64,000 nt of DNA from Octopus sinensis. Taxonomy: Eukaryota. The stretch spans positions 1,488,001 through 1,552,000 of the forward strand of contig NC_043001.1 of NCBI RefSeq assembly GCF_006345805.1, written 5' to 3'. The notes under the pieces were generated by a model. It saw nothing but the letters and a program-made list of their open reading frames with translations. It did not search any database and was not told the DNA's origin. A program made the translations under genes and the position numbers. Within the stretch, counting starts at the first letter, position 1. Each line of letters begins with the position of its first letter. Positions 23,975-37,496 of the stretch are shown piece by piece.

Positions 23975-26900
23975 TTCTCTTTGCGGCTGGTGACTTCAAT
24001 GGTCATGTTGGACGACAAGCTGGGGGCTTCCATGGTGTACATGGAGGCTATGGTCATGGTTCCCGCAATGAGGAGGGAACCAGGCTGCTGGAGTTCTGCG
24101 ATGCAAATGATCTTATGGTTTGCAACACTAAATTCAGGAAACCTACCAGCCACCTAGTCACCTACCGATCGGGCCAACATACTAGCCAAATTGACTACAT
24201 CCTTGCCAGGAAAAGGGAAAGATGGCTCCTTATAAATGCTAAAACCTTTCCAGGCGAAGAATGTACCCCACAACATAGACTGGTAGTTAGTGACTTAAGG
24301 ATCAGGACTAAGAGGACGACCAGAAGACGACCAACATGGAGAAGAAGGATCTGGAAGCTTAAAGATCCTGCAAATGGACAGAGACTTAGGGACATATTAC
24401 TTGAAGCCTTTGATGAAGTAGAAGGGGATATAGCTTCACATGGGGTAGAAGACAACTAGAGGTCTCTAAGGGACAACCTGCTGAGAGCCACTGACCAGAT
24501 CTGTGGATGGTGCAAAGTCCCCTCTTGACCCAAAATAATGTGGTAGTGGAACAATGTTGTAGACAGGGCTATTAGAGAAAAGAGACAGGCTTGGAAGGAC
24601 TGGAAAAACGGTGGTAGCAGGGAATTGTATCAGACTACCAAAAGAGAAGCTAGGAGACAGGTTTATTTAACCAGAAGGGAAACAGATAAGAAAAAATTTG
24701 CCAATGTTCTGTGCTGTGAGGACCAAAGACTTGAGGTATTCTGTGTTGCAAGACAGTGTGTGAGAGAGAATCATGATGTGGTAGGAGAGAAATGTGTCTG
24801 CATGGATGATGGCTCACTTGCGCTGAATGAGGATGCAAAGAGAGAGGTTTGGAGACGCCACTATGAAAGGTTGCTGAATAAAGAAAATGAATGGGATAAA
24901 GAGAGTCTACCGAATGTCGACCCAACAGAGGGACCAGCTATCCGAGTTGACAGTTCTTTGGTAGTTAAGGCAATTAGAAGCATGAAGACAGGGAAAGCCC
25001 TAGGCCTATCAGGAATTACTGCAGAGATGCTTAAAATATCTGGTAGTGTTGGCTATAGCCTAGTCACCTGTATAGTTAACCAGGTGATACATGAAGGAGT
25101 CATACCCAATGACTGGTGTAGTAGCATAATAGTCAACGGCTACAAAGGTAAAGGTGACGCTTTAGATACAAATAATTACAGAGGTATCAAGCTGTTGGAT
25201 CAGGTAATGAAGGTTACGGAGAGGGTCATAGCCCAACTAATTAGGGAGAGAGTCAGCTTGGATGAGATGCAGTTTGGTTTTGTGCCAGGGAAGAGCACCA
25301 CTGATGCCATATTTCTAGTGAGACAGCTGCAGGAGAAATATCTAGCCAAAGATAAGCCTCTGTACCTGGCTTTCGTTGACATGGAGAAGGCCTTCGACAG
25401 GGTCCCCCGATCCCTTATCTGGTGGTCAATGAGGAATAAATAAATGGTTAGTGAGAGCTGTGCAAGCCATGTACAGAGACGCTGTAAGTAAGGTGAGGGT
25501 TGGCAATGAGTACACTAAAGAATTTCGGGTAGAGGTAGGGGTCCACCAAGGTTCAGTCCTCAGTCCCCTCCAATTTATCATAGTCCTCCAGGCAATAACG
25601 GAGGAATTCAAGACAGGATGCCCCTGGGAGTTCCTCTATGCAGATGACCTTGCTCTAATTGCTGAGTCACTATCAGAACTAGAGGCAAAGTTTCAAGTGT
25701 GGAGACAAGGATTAGAATCGAATGGCCTTAAAATCAACCTAGCTAAAACTAAATTATTAATATGTAGGAAGGCAGGCAAATCACAAACGCCTTCAGGTAG
25801 ATGGCCCTGCTCGATCTGTAGAAAAGGCGTAGGTAGAAACTCTATAAGATGCACCAAGTGCAAGCTATGGACACATAAGAGGTGCAGCAATGTCAAAGGA
25901 AGGCTAACTGTGAAGATAGTTTTGTATGTGGCAGATACTCAGGAGCAATAAACACTGAAAATGCTCAAAGACCAACTTCCGCCACATTCCAGGGAGAAAA
26001 ACTAGAAGTAGTCAATAGCTTCCATTACCTAGGTGACCAAATCACTGCTAGAGTAAGAATAGCCTGGGCAAAGTTCAGAGAGCTCTTACCTCTGCTGGTG
26101 ACAAAAAGCCTCTTGCTCAGAATAAAAGGCAGACTGTATGACGCATGTGTACGAACAGCCATGCTACATGGCAGTGAAACGTGGGCTGTGACTGCTGATG
26201 ATATGCGTAAGCTCGCAAGAAATGAAGCCAGTATGCTCTGATGGATGTGTAATGTCAGTGTTCACACTTGACAGAGTGTAAGTACCTTGAGAGAAAAGTT
26301 GGACCTAAGAAGCATCAGTTGTGGTGTGCAAGAGAGACGTTTGCGCTGGTATGGTCATGTGGCGAGAATGGATGAAGATAGTTGTGTGAAAAAGTGCCAC
26401 ACCCTAGCAGTTGAGGGAACCTGTGGAAGAGGTAGACCCAGGAAAACCTGGGACGAGGTGGTGAAGCATGACCTTCGAACTTTAGGTCTCACCGAGGAAA
26501 TGACCAGAGACCGAGACCTTTGGAAGTATGCTGTGCGTGGGAAACCTGGCAGGACAAGTGAGACTATAACCCATGGCCTCTACCTGGGACGTAGCCAGCC
26601 CACTTATGCATACCTTTCCTTCTTGTGACACAAACCCTACTTGTGAAGAACTGTTGAGGCAAGTGAAAATCAAAAATCAAAAATCAAAATCAAAATCAAA
26701 ATCGATCAACATCAATGGAAATTGTAGCTGTGATACCAGTGCTGGTGGCACGTAAGAGAGCCATCCGAACGTGGCCGTTGCCAGCACCACCCCAACTGGC
26801 CTCCGTGCCAGTGGCACGTAAAAAAAGCACCATCTGATTGTGGCCATTGCCAGCCTCGTCTGGCACCTGTGCAGGTGGCACGTAAAAAGCACCCACTACA

Positions 26901-27060
26901 CTCACGGAGTGGTTGGCGTTAGGAAGGGCATCCAGCTGTAGAAACACTGTCAGATCAGATTGGGCCTTGCGCAGCCTTCTGGCTTTCCAGACCCCAGTCG
27001 AATCGTCCAACCCATGCTAGCATGGAAAACGGACGTAAAACGATGATGATGATGATGATA
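23975..27060 (+). mobile_element. 5'-truncated RTE-clade LINE (APE remnant, RT, PHD insert, 3'UTR, (GAT)n tail), inactivated by stops and frameshifts
   Basis: AGDFNGHVG, SQIDYIL, NYRGIKLL, QFGFVPGKSTTDAIF, FVDMEKAFDRVPR, GVHQGSVLSP, LYADDL, RLRWYGHV, GRGRPRKTW. Confidence 0.97.
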
Positions 27061-27539
27061 CTTATGCACACATCTTATCAAGGATAGGACAGAAAGGACA
27101 AACCAAGCAGAAATCCAACAAAAAACAACATATGGAAAAATAGATGATAACATAACAGACAGAGACTGGACAAAACAAGATACTCAGGCTATTTGCAACT
27201 GATTTCCTCATCAGTCAGTGTCCAGAAAGTCATAGCAGTTTTGTGCTTTTTTACACATGAGACTGCTCGAATCCGGCAAGTGCCAGAGGATTAAGCTTCT
27301 GGGAAAACCAAATGAATGTGCACAAAAATGAAAGCAAGAACAAGAAGGCTAGAATTATGCACATACAACAGACGAACGCCTTTCGGCTATACAACAAAAT
27401 ACAAATAATTGTGCATTTACAAATAAATAAATAACAGAAAGGGTCTTTTGACTATTAGACGAATGTAGTAATCTGGCACAAAGGAGAAATGGAAAGTCTT
27501 GTATATATGTATGTGTGTGTGTATATATTGTTATATTTC

Positions 27540-27930
27540 GGAATGGTCATTTTGCCAGTTTAGCCAATAAAAACACACGCACTATATATTTGGTGTTAAT
27601 TTGCTTCAGTGTTATTTATTTTTAGATTAATCTTAATCTTATTTTGGCCAGAGTTCTTTCGTCACACTCCTGTGACCGCATCAGTGGTCCTTTGTGTTCT
27701 TCTTTCTTATTTGTGTCTCTCCTTACTAACCGTCAGCCATTTTGTATTTCTATTGTATGTGTCTTCATTTGCGCATGCTTATATCTCTATGTGCGTCTAT
27801 GTTTATTTAGTGTGTGTGTGGGGGATGCCTGTAATATTTGTATCTTCTGTTTATATACGTTCATGTAATTTGTTTTTGTTTTTACTTATTTTTATTTTAT
27901 TCATGTGTTTACACCTAATTATTATTATTA
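27540..27930 (-). mobile_element. Unclassified short element carrying a hammerhead-like motif
   Basis: Contains the 27646-27690 motif; boundaries estimated from flanking microsatellites. Confidence 0.35.
27646..27690 (-). ncRNA. Hammerhead-like motif with A9 variant
   Basis: Minus strand GGACCA-CTGATGC-G-GTCAC AGGAGT GTGAC-GAAA-GAAC-TC-TGGCC: perfect 5-bp stem II, stem I 4/5, core CUGAUGC. Confidence 0.4.
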
Positions 27931-28499
27931 TTATTTTGGTAATTTTCAGATGAAGGTATGTAAACAAGGGCAGCTCTAGTATGAACGTCTTTTACTGCAC
28001 TAATATGGCAACCCCTTGCAAGCTTCTGGTTGGCTCCATCATGGTTATGGTCAATGCCATTTAGGGGACAGTGTAAACCCTATGAAGCAGTCTGCTGCTT
28101 TTAGGTTTCTATGGTGATTATTGTGATAAAACTTACTTTCATGACAGCAGTTATATATTAACTCTGTTTTCTTCTTTAGAGTTCCTGCAATTTTAATATT
28201 TCAGGACGGTTTTTGTAACGGAATATGTTGTATCATGAAGATGCATAATTTTTAGTCTCTCTCTACATCTTGAGAGTGAGAGTGAGAGCTATGGCATTCT
28301 CTTGTGGACGTGTGATTTGTGTAATGACATTTACAGATCCTGTCCACATGTCTGCATGTCAGTATATGTTATTTACAATTTAGAAAACACAACCCATCAC
28401 TCTTTCAGTTGCATGCCAACTTGGACAGAGGTGTTTTTAAGTTAATTCTCAGTGCATGGTTGCTAGCAATATGTTGATTAACTCTCTCTCAATAACACT

Positions 28500-28700
28500 A
28501 ATCATCATCATCATCATCAACATTTAACATCTGTTTTCCATGCTGGCATGGGTTGGACAAATTGACTGAAGCTGGCAAGGGCCAGGAGCCACACCAAATT
28601 TCATTATCTGTTTTGGTATGGTTTCTATCATACAACTGGATGCCCTTCCTAATACCAGCAGCTTTACAGAGTTTACTGGATGCTTTTTATGCAGCACCAG
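28500..28700 (-). mobile_element. RTE-tail SINE/LINE 3' end
   Basis: CATCATCATC...TTTAACATCTGTTTTCCATGCTGGCATGGGTTGGAC...CTGGATGCCCTTCCTAA is the reverse complement of the 26900-27060 tail. Confidence 0.8.
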
Positions 28701-29258
28701 CATTTTATTATCATCATTTTAATGTCTTCATGAGTTAAAATTCATTGAACCAGTTTTTCTGCAGCCAAATGCCTTCCCTGTGGTTAACCCTCATCCGTCT
28801 TCAAGCAAGGTGATATTCACTCATTGGTAGATATATTTTACAGGAGAAATCTTTCCTCAACGATACCATTCGTATGACAGTGATGATTATTTTGTAATTA
28901 TTGTGAGATGTCAAAACAAGGAAGCACAAACGCATAAAGGGCTTCTTTCAGTTTCTGTCAACCAAATTCGTTCACAAAGCTGTCTTTCATTTTGCACTAC
29001 AGGGTAGAACATAATTGCTAAAGGTGCTGCCTTGTGGGATTGAACCTGGAATCACAAGATAGGGATGCAAACTTCTTAACCACATAGTGTCATGCCAGCA
29101 TGTACACACACACACACACACACACACATGATGTTGGTCAAATGACTTGAAGCTTGCTTGATCACTTTTTATGGGTACATAGAAAAAACCTGGAGTTTAA
29201 CAATACTGTCTACACAGCAAGGATAAACATGTTCACTGAAAAGCCTTGGTCATAAATG

Positions 29259-29308
<50 letters not shown>

Positions 29309-29569
29309 TGTGTGTGAGAGAGACATACAGACACACACACATAGAAACAGAGAGAGGAGTGGATTGGTGAACATGTGTGTCTATAAAGAAAGGAACAAGG
29401 GTTTCTACATTTTATTTATTCCTCTGAATTTCAAGTTGTGGGTTAATTAAACAATTACAAAAAAAGAAGCACTGAATTGAGATAAAAGCAAATATGGATG
29501 TTTGAAATATGATGAATCATCAAAGTTTGATTGGTTGCCAATAACTGTGGGGAAAGAACAAAGTTTCTG

Positions 29570-29890
29570 GTCCCCTGTCGGTTACGACAACAAGTGTTCC
29601 GGTCGATTGGGTCAATGGAAGAGTCTGCTCCTGAAATTAGTGAACAAGTGGCTGAGCAGTTCACAGACATTTGCACCCTTTACATGGTTGTCAGGGAAAT
29701 TTAGCATGACACAGGGTGTGACAAGACCAGCCCCTTTGAATTACAGGTACTACTTATATTTGCCTGCTGAGTTGACTGGAGTAATGTCAAATAAAGTGTC
29801 TTGCTTAAGGACCCAATGTGCTTCTGGGTTTTGAAATCATGACCTTGTCATCATGAGCTGAATTCCCTAACCACCTAGCCACACACCTTC
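29570..29890 (-). mobile_element. tRNA-derived SINE family D
   Basis: Homologous to 58195-58515; tRNA-like head at the right end. Confidence 0.8.
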
Positions 29891-32196
29891 ACTAAACTAC
29901 AAACTTATAGATTCAGTTGCACTACAAAATAAACTTGATTCCATGCAAATATTTGTGAGATTTTCATTTCTTCTTTGTCATTTGTGTAAAATAGAAAAAG
30001 GCAGGGAAGATGAGCATAATTAGTAAAGTTTTACTTGAGATTAATTACTGAAAGATTATTTTTAACAGATTCATTTTTAAAACAGATTTATTCAAATCTA
30101 TTTTAGCAAATAGATATTGATGGCAGTGTTTGTTAATAATCAGCATTTCTGAACCTTTTCTTAAGAAATGTAGATTGTTGTAAAAGGATGATACATAAAG
30201 ATTATACCTTCCAGAGTTATTCATGCAAGCAAACATATTCTATTATAGACCAACCGATTCTGTAACTCTTAATATTATCATCCTTTTATCTTGTGATATA
30301 GTTGTATTGTGAGGTGGTGAGTTGTCTTTGTGAATGTATGCTTATGCTGCGAGAATCTTCATTTGAAATGATATTTCAGTAAGCCCTACGGGCAAAAGAA
30401 ATTTGAGTTTGAGTACACACACACACACATAACATATATAATAATATAAAATCAGTGGTTTTGAGAGTTGACTATATATTTTTTATTAATGTAGCCGACT
30501 GATTTCCATAGGATTACAGCCATAACATACACATATATATATAACATCATTTATATATATGTATATTTGTGTTTGTGTGTGTGCATATGTATGTGTATAT
30601 ATATATATGTGTGTGTGTGTGTATGTGCATATGTATGTGTATATATGTGTGTGTGCGTGCGTGTGTGTATGTGCATATATATATGTGTGCATGTATGTGA
30701 ATATATATATATATATGTTTACATGTATATGTGTATATGCCTGATGGTGATGGACATGTTGACAGTGACAATGTTTCTGCTTTAAATAAACTTGGAAATG
30801 AAAAAGGTAACCAAAACCACAAAGTGGTTTATTCAGAAATATATTTCTGTGAGAAAGAGGAAATTTAAACGTAGTTAATCAATTTTGAACATAGATTTAT
30901 CATTGTGAGATAAGAAAACAAAAACACCAAAAACAGAAAACCAAGAGTGACGAGGAGATATATTTTTGTGCAATTTAATATATTATGTTATTACTTGGAG
31001 GAGACAGAATATCTCATGTGTAACAGATAAAAATTTTATCATATTCACTCATGATTTTTCATTTCTATTTTGTTTTATGCTAAGTTATATATAAAATTAT
31101 ATACATACATTAGTGTGTGTGTATTTTAACACCATTACATCATATACACATACACTCATATGAACTATTGAGTAGATACACACAATTATTGTATAGTTAC
31201 TTTCAAACACATACTCATGTATATATGTATGTATATGAATATCTATATACAATCTACATAAAAACGTACACTGTTATACATGACTGTTGTGTGTGTGTGA
31301 GTCTCCGTGTGTGTGTATGTAGGTATACACCTAGAATATTGTTTAAATACAGATTCACATATATGTATTCTATAGCCATTTACATACACAATATTACAGT
31401 AGCAGTGCATAAATATATATGTACTTATTTAAACAGCACACACACGCACATATATACATTCATATTTAAATAACTTTACGATAAAAACGAAATATATACA
31501 TATATATAATTATGCACACACATGCTCACACACATATACATATATACATGTGTGTGTGAGTGGAGATGTCTTTTAATTGTCAATATATAAGGGAAGGATA
31601 CAATGAAAAAACAATATAAAGTGGTTGTTCTCTTTTCGTTTTCTTTTTCTTTATCTCTCTCCGCACTTAGACTTTCAAAAAAATTATGCAAATATTCACT
31701 GTGATCAATCCTATCTTAATCATCAATTAATTCAATGTTTATATATATACCATCTCTCTCTCTCTCTCTCTGCCTCTCTCTTGCGTTCATTATTTTTTTC
31801 TGTCACACATACACAACTCTCATATAATGTATAAATTGGTTTTGGCATGAAACTTGAGTAATGGAGGTGTGAAATTTTAAATTTTAGCATATTAATTTCT
31901 CTCTCTTTCCCTTGTGAGTCTGTGTGTGTGTGAGAGAGTGAGAGTGAGAGAGAGAGAGGGTGTGCGTGTGTCTATATATCTATCCAATCATCTATTTATC
32001 TATGCATACATATACACACACAGACTGGCACGAACATATACATATACTCATTTATTTATAAACACACACACACACACACCCCTTGGTTAGCATGACATTT
32101 AAGAAATGAAGTTGATATTTCAAATTGTAAACACACAGCCACCTATACACTCACTCCTCCATATCATGTGAATGTTTGAGTATGGTTGTGTGTGTG

Positions 32197-32235
<39 letters not shown>

Positions 32236-32889
32236 GAGAGTGAGAAAGAGTGAGGGAGGGAGTGAATGGGAAGAGAAGGAGAAAAGCACATACAAATTCT
32301 AAGCAATTCTATTTGGAAAGAGTAAAAGAGAAAATGGTGTTTGTAATAATGTCCAACCGTAGATTTCTGTCTGACTGATTGCAATGGCATTTTATTAATT
32401 ATGCATCTTCTGGTTTGGGATTCAGCAGGTTGCCAAAATCAGGCCAGAATAGAGCTTTGGTTTCTAAACATAATTATATGAGAGATGAATTTCGCTCCTG
32501 GATGGGATAATAGTCTCTCAGGAATAACCATAAATTCTGCAATCACGTGTTGATCATGATAGTTGTGTGAACTGAGCCCGACAAAATGTCAGTCCCAGGA
32601 GGAACATATCAAAGCATGTGTAGTGGATTTGAACTCATATTTTGTCAGATGATAAAGTCATCAATTCATCGTCAGATCCCTGTCTCTTTATTGAAAAATT
32701 ATAGAAACACTTTCAAATACTGCAGAGAACACCAGATTATCAACGTTATTCCATATTCTAGTCCATACTTTATTCTACTCTTAGAAGGGTGTTTTCTGTC
32801 AAAGTCATTTTGTCAAGGCTTCACAGACAATATAACATTCAAGAAAAAGCAACAACAAAGCCCTCTATTTTATATCTTCACTCTGTATG

Positions 32890-33865
32890 TGCCTATAATA
32901 ATTGATGTGTTGGGAAGAGTAAGCAAAAATCTAGACAAATGGTTGAAGGAGATTGGAATAGAATGCCCAGTGGAGCTCCTACTAAGGAACAGCAAAGATT
33001 ATCAAGAGGGTTTTAAGCACTTAAAAGGCTACCGAAAACTGTGGATTCCTAAGGTTACAGGTAGTAACCTGCTACCCATATAAATCTTACCAGGAATAAC
33101 ACTGAACCTGAGTCAAACCAAAATGATAATAATATGTTATATTAAAGGATTTTAGACAAAAATCATGCCTCCCCATCAACATGACTGTTCTGATTGTCAT
33201 AAATGGATCTGTCAAGACCTATCAAAAACTGAGCAAGTATAAAGAAATTGAAATTGAATTTGGCAAAATGTGGAACTTCAAGACTAAAGCAATACCTGTT
33301 GCTATAGGTGATTGAGGAATGATAGCTAAAGGGGCTGATACCAGGAAACCCTAAAATGGAAGAAATTTAAAAAATGGTGCTCATAGGAACTGCTCATATC
33401 CTACAAAAAATATTGTCCATGTAATCCCAAAAACATTTTAATCTGTAAATGTCAAAAGTACTTTTAAATGTGAATAATTGCAAACATCTATTACTGTCAT
33501 CTTAAGATCACATTATCATTTTATCATCAACTTACTTTTAAAACAAACTTATAATTTTCTTATATTTTGACAGACATTCTCTAGAACAATACTCAGTACA
33601 AGACCAAAAATATGGCATTCTAGTCATAACACCAACTTGAACTTCTAACTTGTTGTCTCTTGAGGTCTCTGAGTGAGTCTTGGAGTCAATTTGTACAAAT
33701 ACGAAGCAAAAGACAAAAAGATAATAATAATAATGATAATAATAATAATAATAAGTCACAAGAGAAGGCACCACTTGAAACCTTTAGTGATATGTTATTG
33801 CCTGCTTTCAAGTAAAGAATAACCAGTAACTAAGAACTATCCGAGAGTCTTTCAGAATAATAACA
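32890..33865 (+). repeat. Stack of four R4/Dong-like 3' fragments separated by (AAT)n (approx. 32890-33125, 33140-33430, 33540-33740, 33755-33865)
   Basis: IIIDVLGRVSKNLDKWLKEIGI; TYQKLSKYKEIEIEFGKMWNFKTKAIPVAIG...GTAHILQKILSM* (paralog of 6320-6600); UTR shared with 5985-6100. Confidence 0.8.
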
Positions 33866-34250
33866 GCAAGAGTACTCAGGGAGCACATACCTCTGCCAAG
33901 GCAACACCAACATCCTCTCAACGATTAGCCAGAGAGGATTTTTGGAATGAGAATATCTGAAATAAACTCAACTGCTCTCACAAATGAGAATACTAAAAAT
34001 GCACCTGACTGCTTGCAAAATTTAAGTTAAAAAAAACGGAAAAATAATCCAGAATCTTTGTCTGGCACTGGATCAATTGTGAAATCTAATCAATTCATGC
34101 CAGTTATGAGGCCAAACATCCTTGAACGTTTCATCCAAATCCATCCAGCGGTTCTTGAGATATCTTGTCTATGGTCAAACAAACAGACAGACAAACATGA
34201 CTGAAAACAATACCCCCCCCCCCTTTGCTTGGGCAGTGGTGGTCATAATA
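33862..34250. mobile_element. Helentron-associated non-autonomous element (HINE/DINE-1-like)
   Basis: Imperfect subterminal inverted repeats ACCTCTGCCAAG (33889-33900) / CTTGGGCAGTGGT (34228-34240), internal TTTCATCCAAATCCATCCAGCGGTTCTTGAGATA and (GACA)n, as in DINE-1-like elements. Confidence 0.6.
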
Positions 34251-34760
34251 AATGCCCTGATGCAGTGCCAGGCAGTGGCTTTCATGGCTTCAGTATAAAA
34301 GATGGGTTACAGCGAATATTCTGCACAATACCACAGATTGGCTTCTCAGTTGTTTGACCATAACCAGTTGAGCATGTTCCTTAGTGGTTGACGATATGTG
34401 CATCTCTGATCACGAGCAGAAGTAGTGGGGGAGCATCACAGCCATTGTTGAGAGGAATTCTTTGGAGATGGGATACCTTTGGAAACATGGGTGTTTCGTT
34501 CAACATCCTTGAACGACCCTTATTCAGGGACCTTTTGAGCAGGTTGGGCTACTCGACCTGATGAAAATTATGAGCCCCACCTGCAAGGTCATGCACTGTT
34601 AATCTTCATATGAGGTCATCCTGTCACATGCATATAGTTGTTATGTATGTGTCTGGTTTACCCTTATCAGATGGGTAGTCATGATGGGCTTTGTATATTC
34701 TACCCCAGTGTCACTTTGATGGCATGCACTGCTCTCTCACTCAATAATAATAATGACAAC
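34250..34760 (+). mobile_element. Unclassified interspersed element between (AAT)n runs
   Basis: 5' part (AAATGCCCTGATGCAGT.CCAGGCAGTGGC...TTGTTTGACC.TAACCAGTT.AGCATGT) is homologous to the reverse complement of 35025-35190. Confidence 0.6.
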
Positions 34761-34789
34761 AATAACAAATTATTATTATTATTATTTGA

Positions 34790-35190
34790 AAATTCAGCTT
34801 ATTGAGCTGGGTATGAGAGAAAGTGTCAGCTGTCCACAGCCAGCAGACTAAGGTGACACTTGTTAAGTGGTCATACTTCAAGAACCCTGTGAAGAATTCT
34901 TGCAGTTCCAAGCAATGCTGATTGTTGTAGGTGTTCTACCTTCACACTTTCACTGAACTTTTTCAGCCATGTTGGTAGTTGAGTGCTGATACTTCCAAAT
35001 GCACCAATTACTATTGGTATCATGTCTACACTAAGAGACATGCTTAACTGGTTAAGGTCAAACAACTGACAAGCAAATCTCATCTTTTATACCAAGACAA
35101 AATGTACATGATAACACTTCCAATCAGTTAAGATAAAAAGCCATGAGAGCCACTGCCTGGGACTGCATCAGGGCATTTATTATTATTATG
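34790..35190 (-). mobile_element. Bipartite element: head shared with 34250 joined to an R4/Dong-like C-terminus and UTR
   Basis: ORF 34871-35083 ends MIPIVIGAFGSISTQLPTWLKK...LQQSALLGTARILHRVLEV*. Confidence 0.75.
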
Positions 35191-36582
35191 ATTATTATTA
35201 TTTCTGATTTCAGCTGAAAGCTAACAGCTTCGAGGGAATGAGAAAGAGTCAGTTGATATCATTGATCTCAGGACTTGATTGTCTCTTTATTTTCATTGAT
35301 CCTGAGAGAATGAAAAGGCAAAGTTAACATTGATGGGAAGATCCAGAAGAAATAATACAAAGCATTTTTGATTGGAACTCTAACGATTCTACCCTAACCA
35401 TCTTGCCCAACTCTAGAACTATGCATGGGGTTTGAATTCATAGAATCCTATCTGCCATGCTGTCTGTTTGTGCTACAGATAAACAAACCAACAAACAATT
35501 CATAACGATGACAATATCAGGAGACGTCACATCATCAATAGCAACTTAAACTTTCCATTTGGTGCTCATTTATATGACATAACTTAATTGCTATCTGGTT
35601 GCCAGCTGTTGCTAAGTTGCTGCTGTTGATGTTGTTTTAAACAAATCTCATGTGGTTGAATAGACAATGAGTGTGATATCTCTGTGTGTGAGTAGTAGTA
35701 GCAGTAGTAGTAGTGGTTGTGGTGGTAGCAGTAGATGAAATTGCTGGGAAGATGAAACAGCTTTATGGAATGTGTGAAAAATCTCGGTGTAATCAAGATG
35801 AAGATGTGTGATGTAAATGGCGAGTGTGTGTGTGTGTGTGCAGGTGAAGCACAAACACATGTGGAGTCTTATTAAGACTGTACTGTTGTGCTTTGTATGT
35901 AAACATGGAAAAGCCAGGCCCTGCAGGGGAATGTGTTCTCTCAGTACGTCAATGTTATCTCGCAACAACTGCCACACTGAAACATTACCAATCACTTGGT
36001 ACACTAGCAGAGAAAAGCTAGAGCTTTCATAAGAAGGTTTCAATGCAAGAATATGGAAGCAGAAAATAACTGGAAAATTGATGCAGGTGGGTTCAATTCC
36101 ACTGCACAGCACCTTCGGCTAATGCCTTCTTCCATAGTCATGAATTTATCAATATTTGGTGAATGAAATTCAAATGAAGATAATTGTGTGGAGCTCACTT
36201 TTGGCGTGTGTGTGTATATATATATATATCATCATCACCAGTGTATATTTATGTATGTGCATATATAAATATACATATGTATACACACACAATACATATA
36301 TTTATACATATATAGATACATGTATGTACATACATAATGCACTGAGATTCATTTCAATTTTTGTATTTAAAAATTTTTTAAAGACTTAACTGGTTTCACT
36401 GATTTTTATGATTATTAAAGGTTGAGATGGAAAGACTTTTGAAAATCAAAGAAATCTGTGAAAGTCGTTAAATCTTTAAAAATAAAAAAATAAAAAATAT
36501 AAGCAAATCCCAGTGCATTTTCAACTTCTTTTTTCTATATTTTTACCCATCTAGAATAAAATAATTGTTTCATATATATACA

Positions 36583-36618
<36 letters not shown>

Positions 36619-37019
36619 TAGATAGCTATACTGTTGCTTTTATATACACATATTCATAATACACACACACACACACAGTTATAAAAGCAGTCTGGAGTTA
36701 TGGGAGATGAGAGGTGAATATATATTTACTTAACCATGTGACTTCCATAGGATCACTGCATAATCCTATGGAAGTCATATGGTTTAATAGGCAACACAGG
36801 TTATATTTATATTCACCTGCAATACTCTCAGACTATGTTTTTATACACACATTAAAGAAGTTCATTGATCAAATTTGTTTTTGATTTTCATATGGACACT
36901 TCACATTAGATTTCTTTGTAATCGATTACTATATGGACTGACAGCCGAGTCTGTACAAGGAGCTCTCTGTGACTGCTGCACAGTTCTATGATTCCGCATC
37001 TTACCCTACTCATTTATGG

Positions 37020-37460
37020 CTGCTCCATGAAGAAGTGCTGATCATCCAGAGTGGATGGAACATGTGGCAGTGGAAGACCCAGGAAGACATGGGATGAAGA
37101 ACTGAAGAATAACCTCAGAATGCTGAACCTTTGTGGTGAGATGTCAAAGAACCGAGATACCTGGTACCTTGCCATACTCAGAACGACTCATACTCCACAG
37201 TAGAATTTGTAAGACTAATCCTTCTGGTGCCATGTAAAAACACTCTTGGTGATGCCATGTAAAAGCGCTCATGTGGCAACACATTAAAGCACCATGTAGT
37301 GCCACATAAAAGCACCTGCATGGTGCTGTGTAAAAGTGCATGCGTGGCACCACGTAAAAGCACCCATCTAGTGTCACATGAAAGCACCCACTACAATGTA
37401 TAGTGTGGCTGGCATATTAGGAAGGGCATCCAGTCGTAGAGACTTTACCAAATCATTGAA
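37020..37460 (+). mobile_element. RTE LINE 3' end with tandem ~20-nt GTGCCACGTAAAAGCAC-like UTR repeats
   Basis: KKC.SSRVDGTCGSGRPRKTWDEELKNNL, then repeated TAAAAGCAC units and the TTAGGAAGGGCATCCAG tail. Confidence 0.85.
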
Positions 37461-37496
37461 TCGAATAAAAATTCCTCTTGGGAGAGGAATAATATA

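Noticed and set aside
30742-30806. DGDGHVDSDN EF-hand-like peptide with a donor site
   Set aside because: No acceptor AG upstream within the microsatellite, and the peptide is too short to support.
32330-32600. Possible LTR integrase remnant (VIPERLLSHPGAKF resembling GxPxxLxSDxGxxF) on the minus strand
   Set aside because: Catalytic Asp absent and flanking motifs not recoverable; too weak to call.
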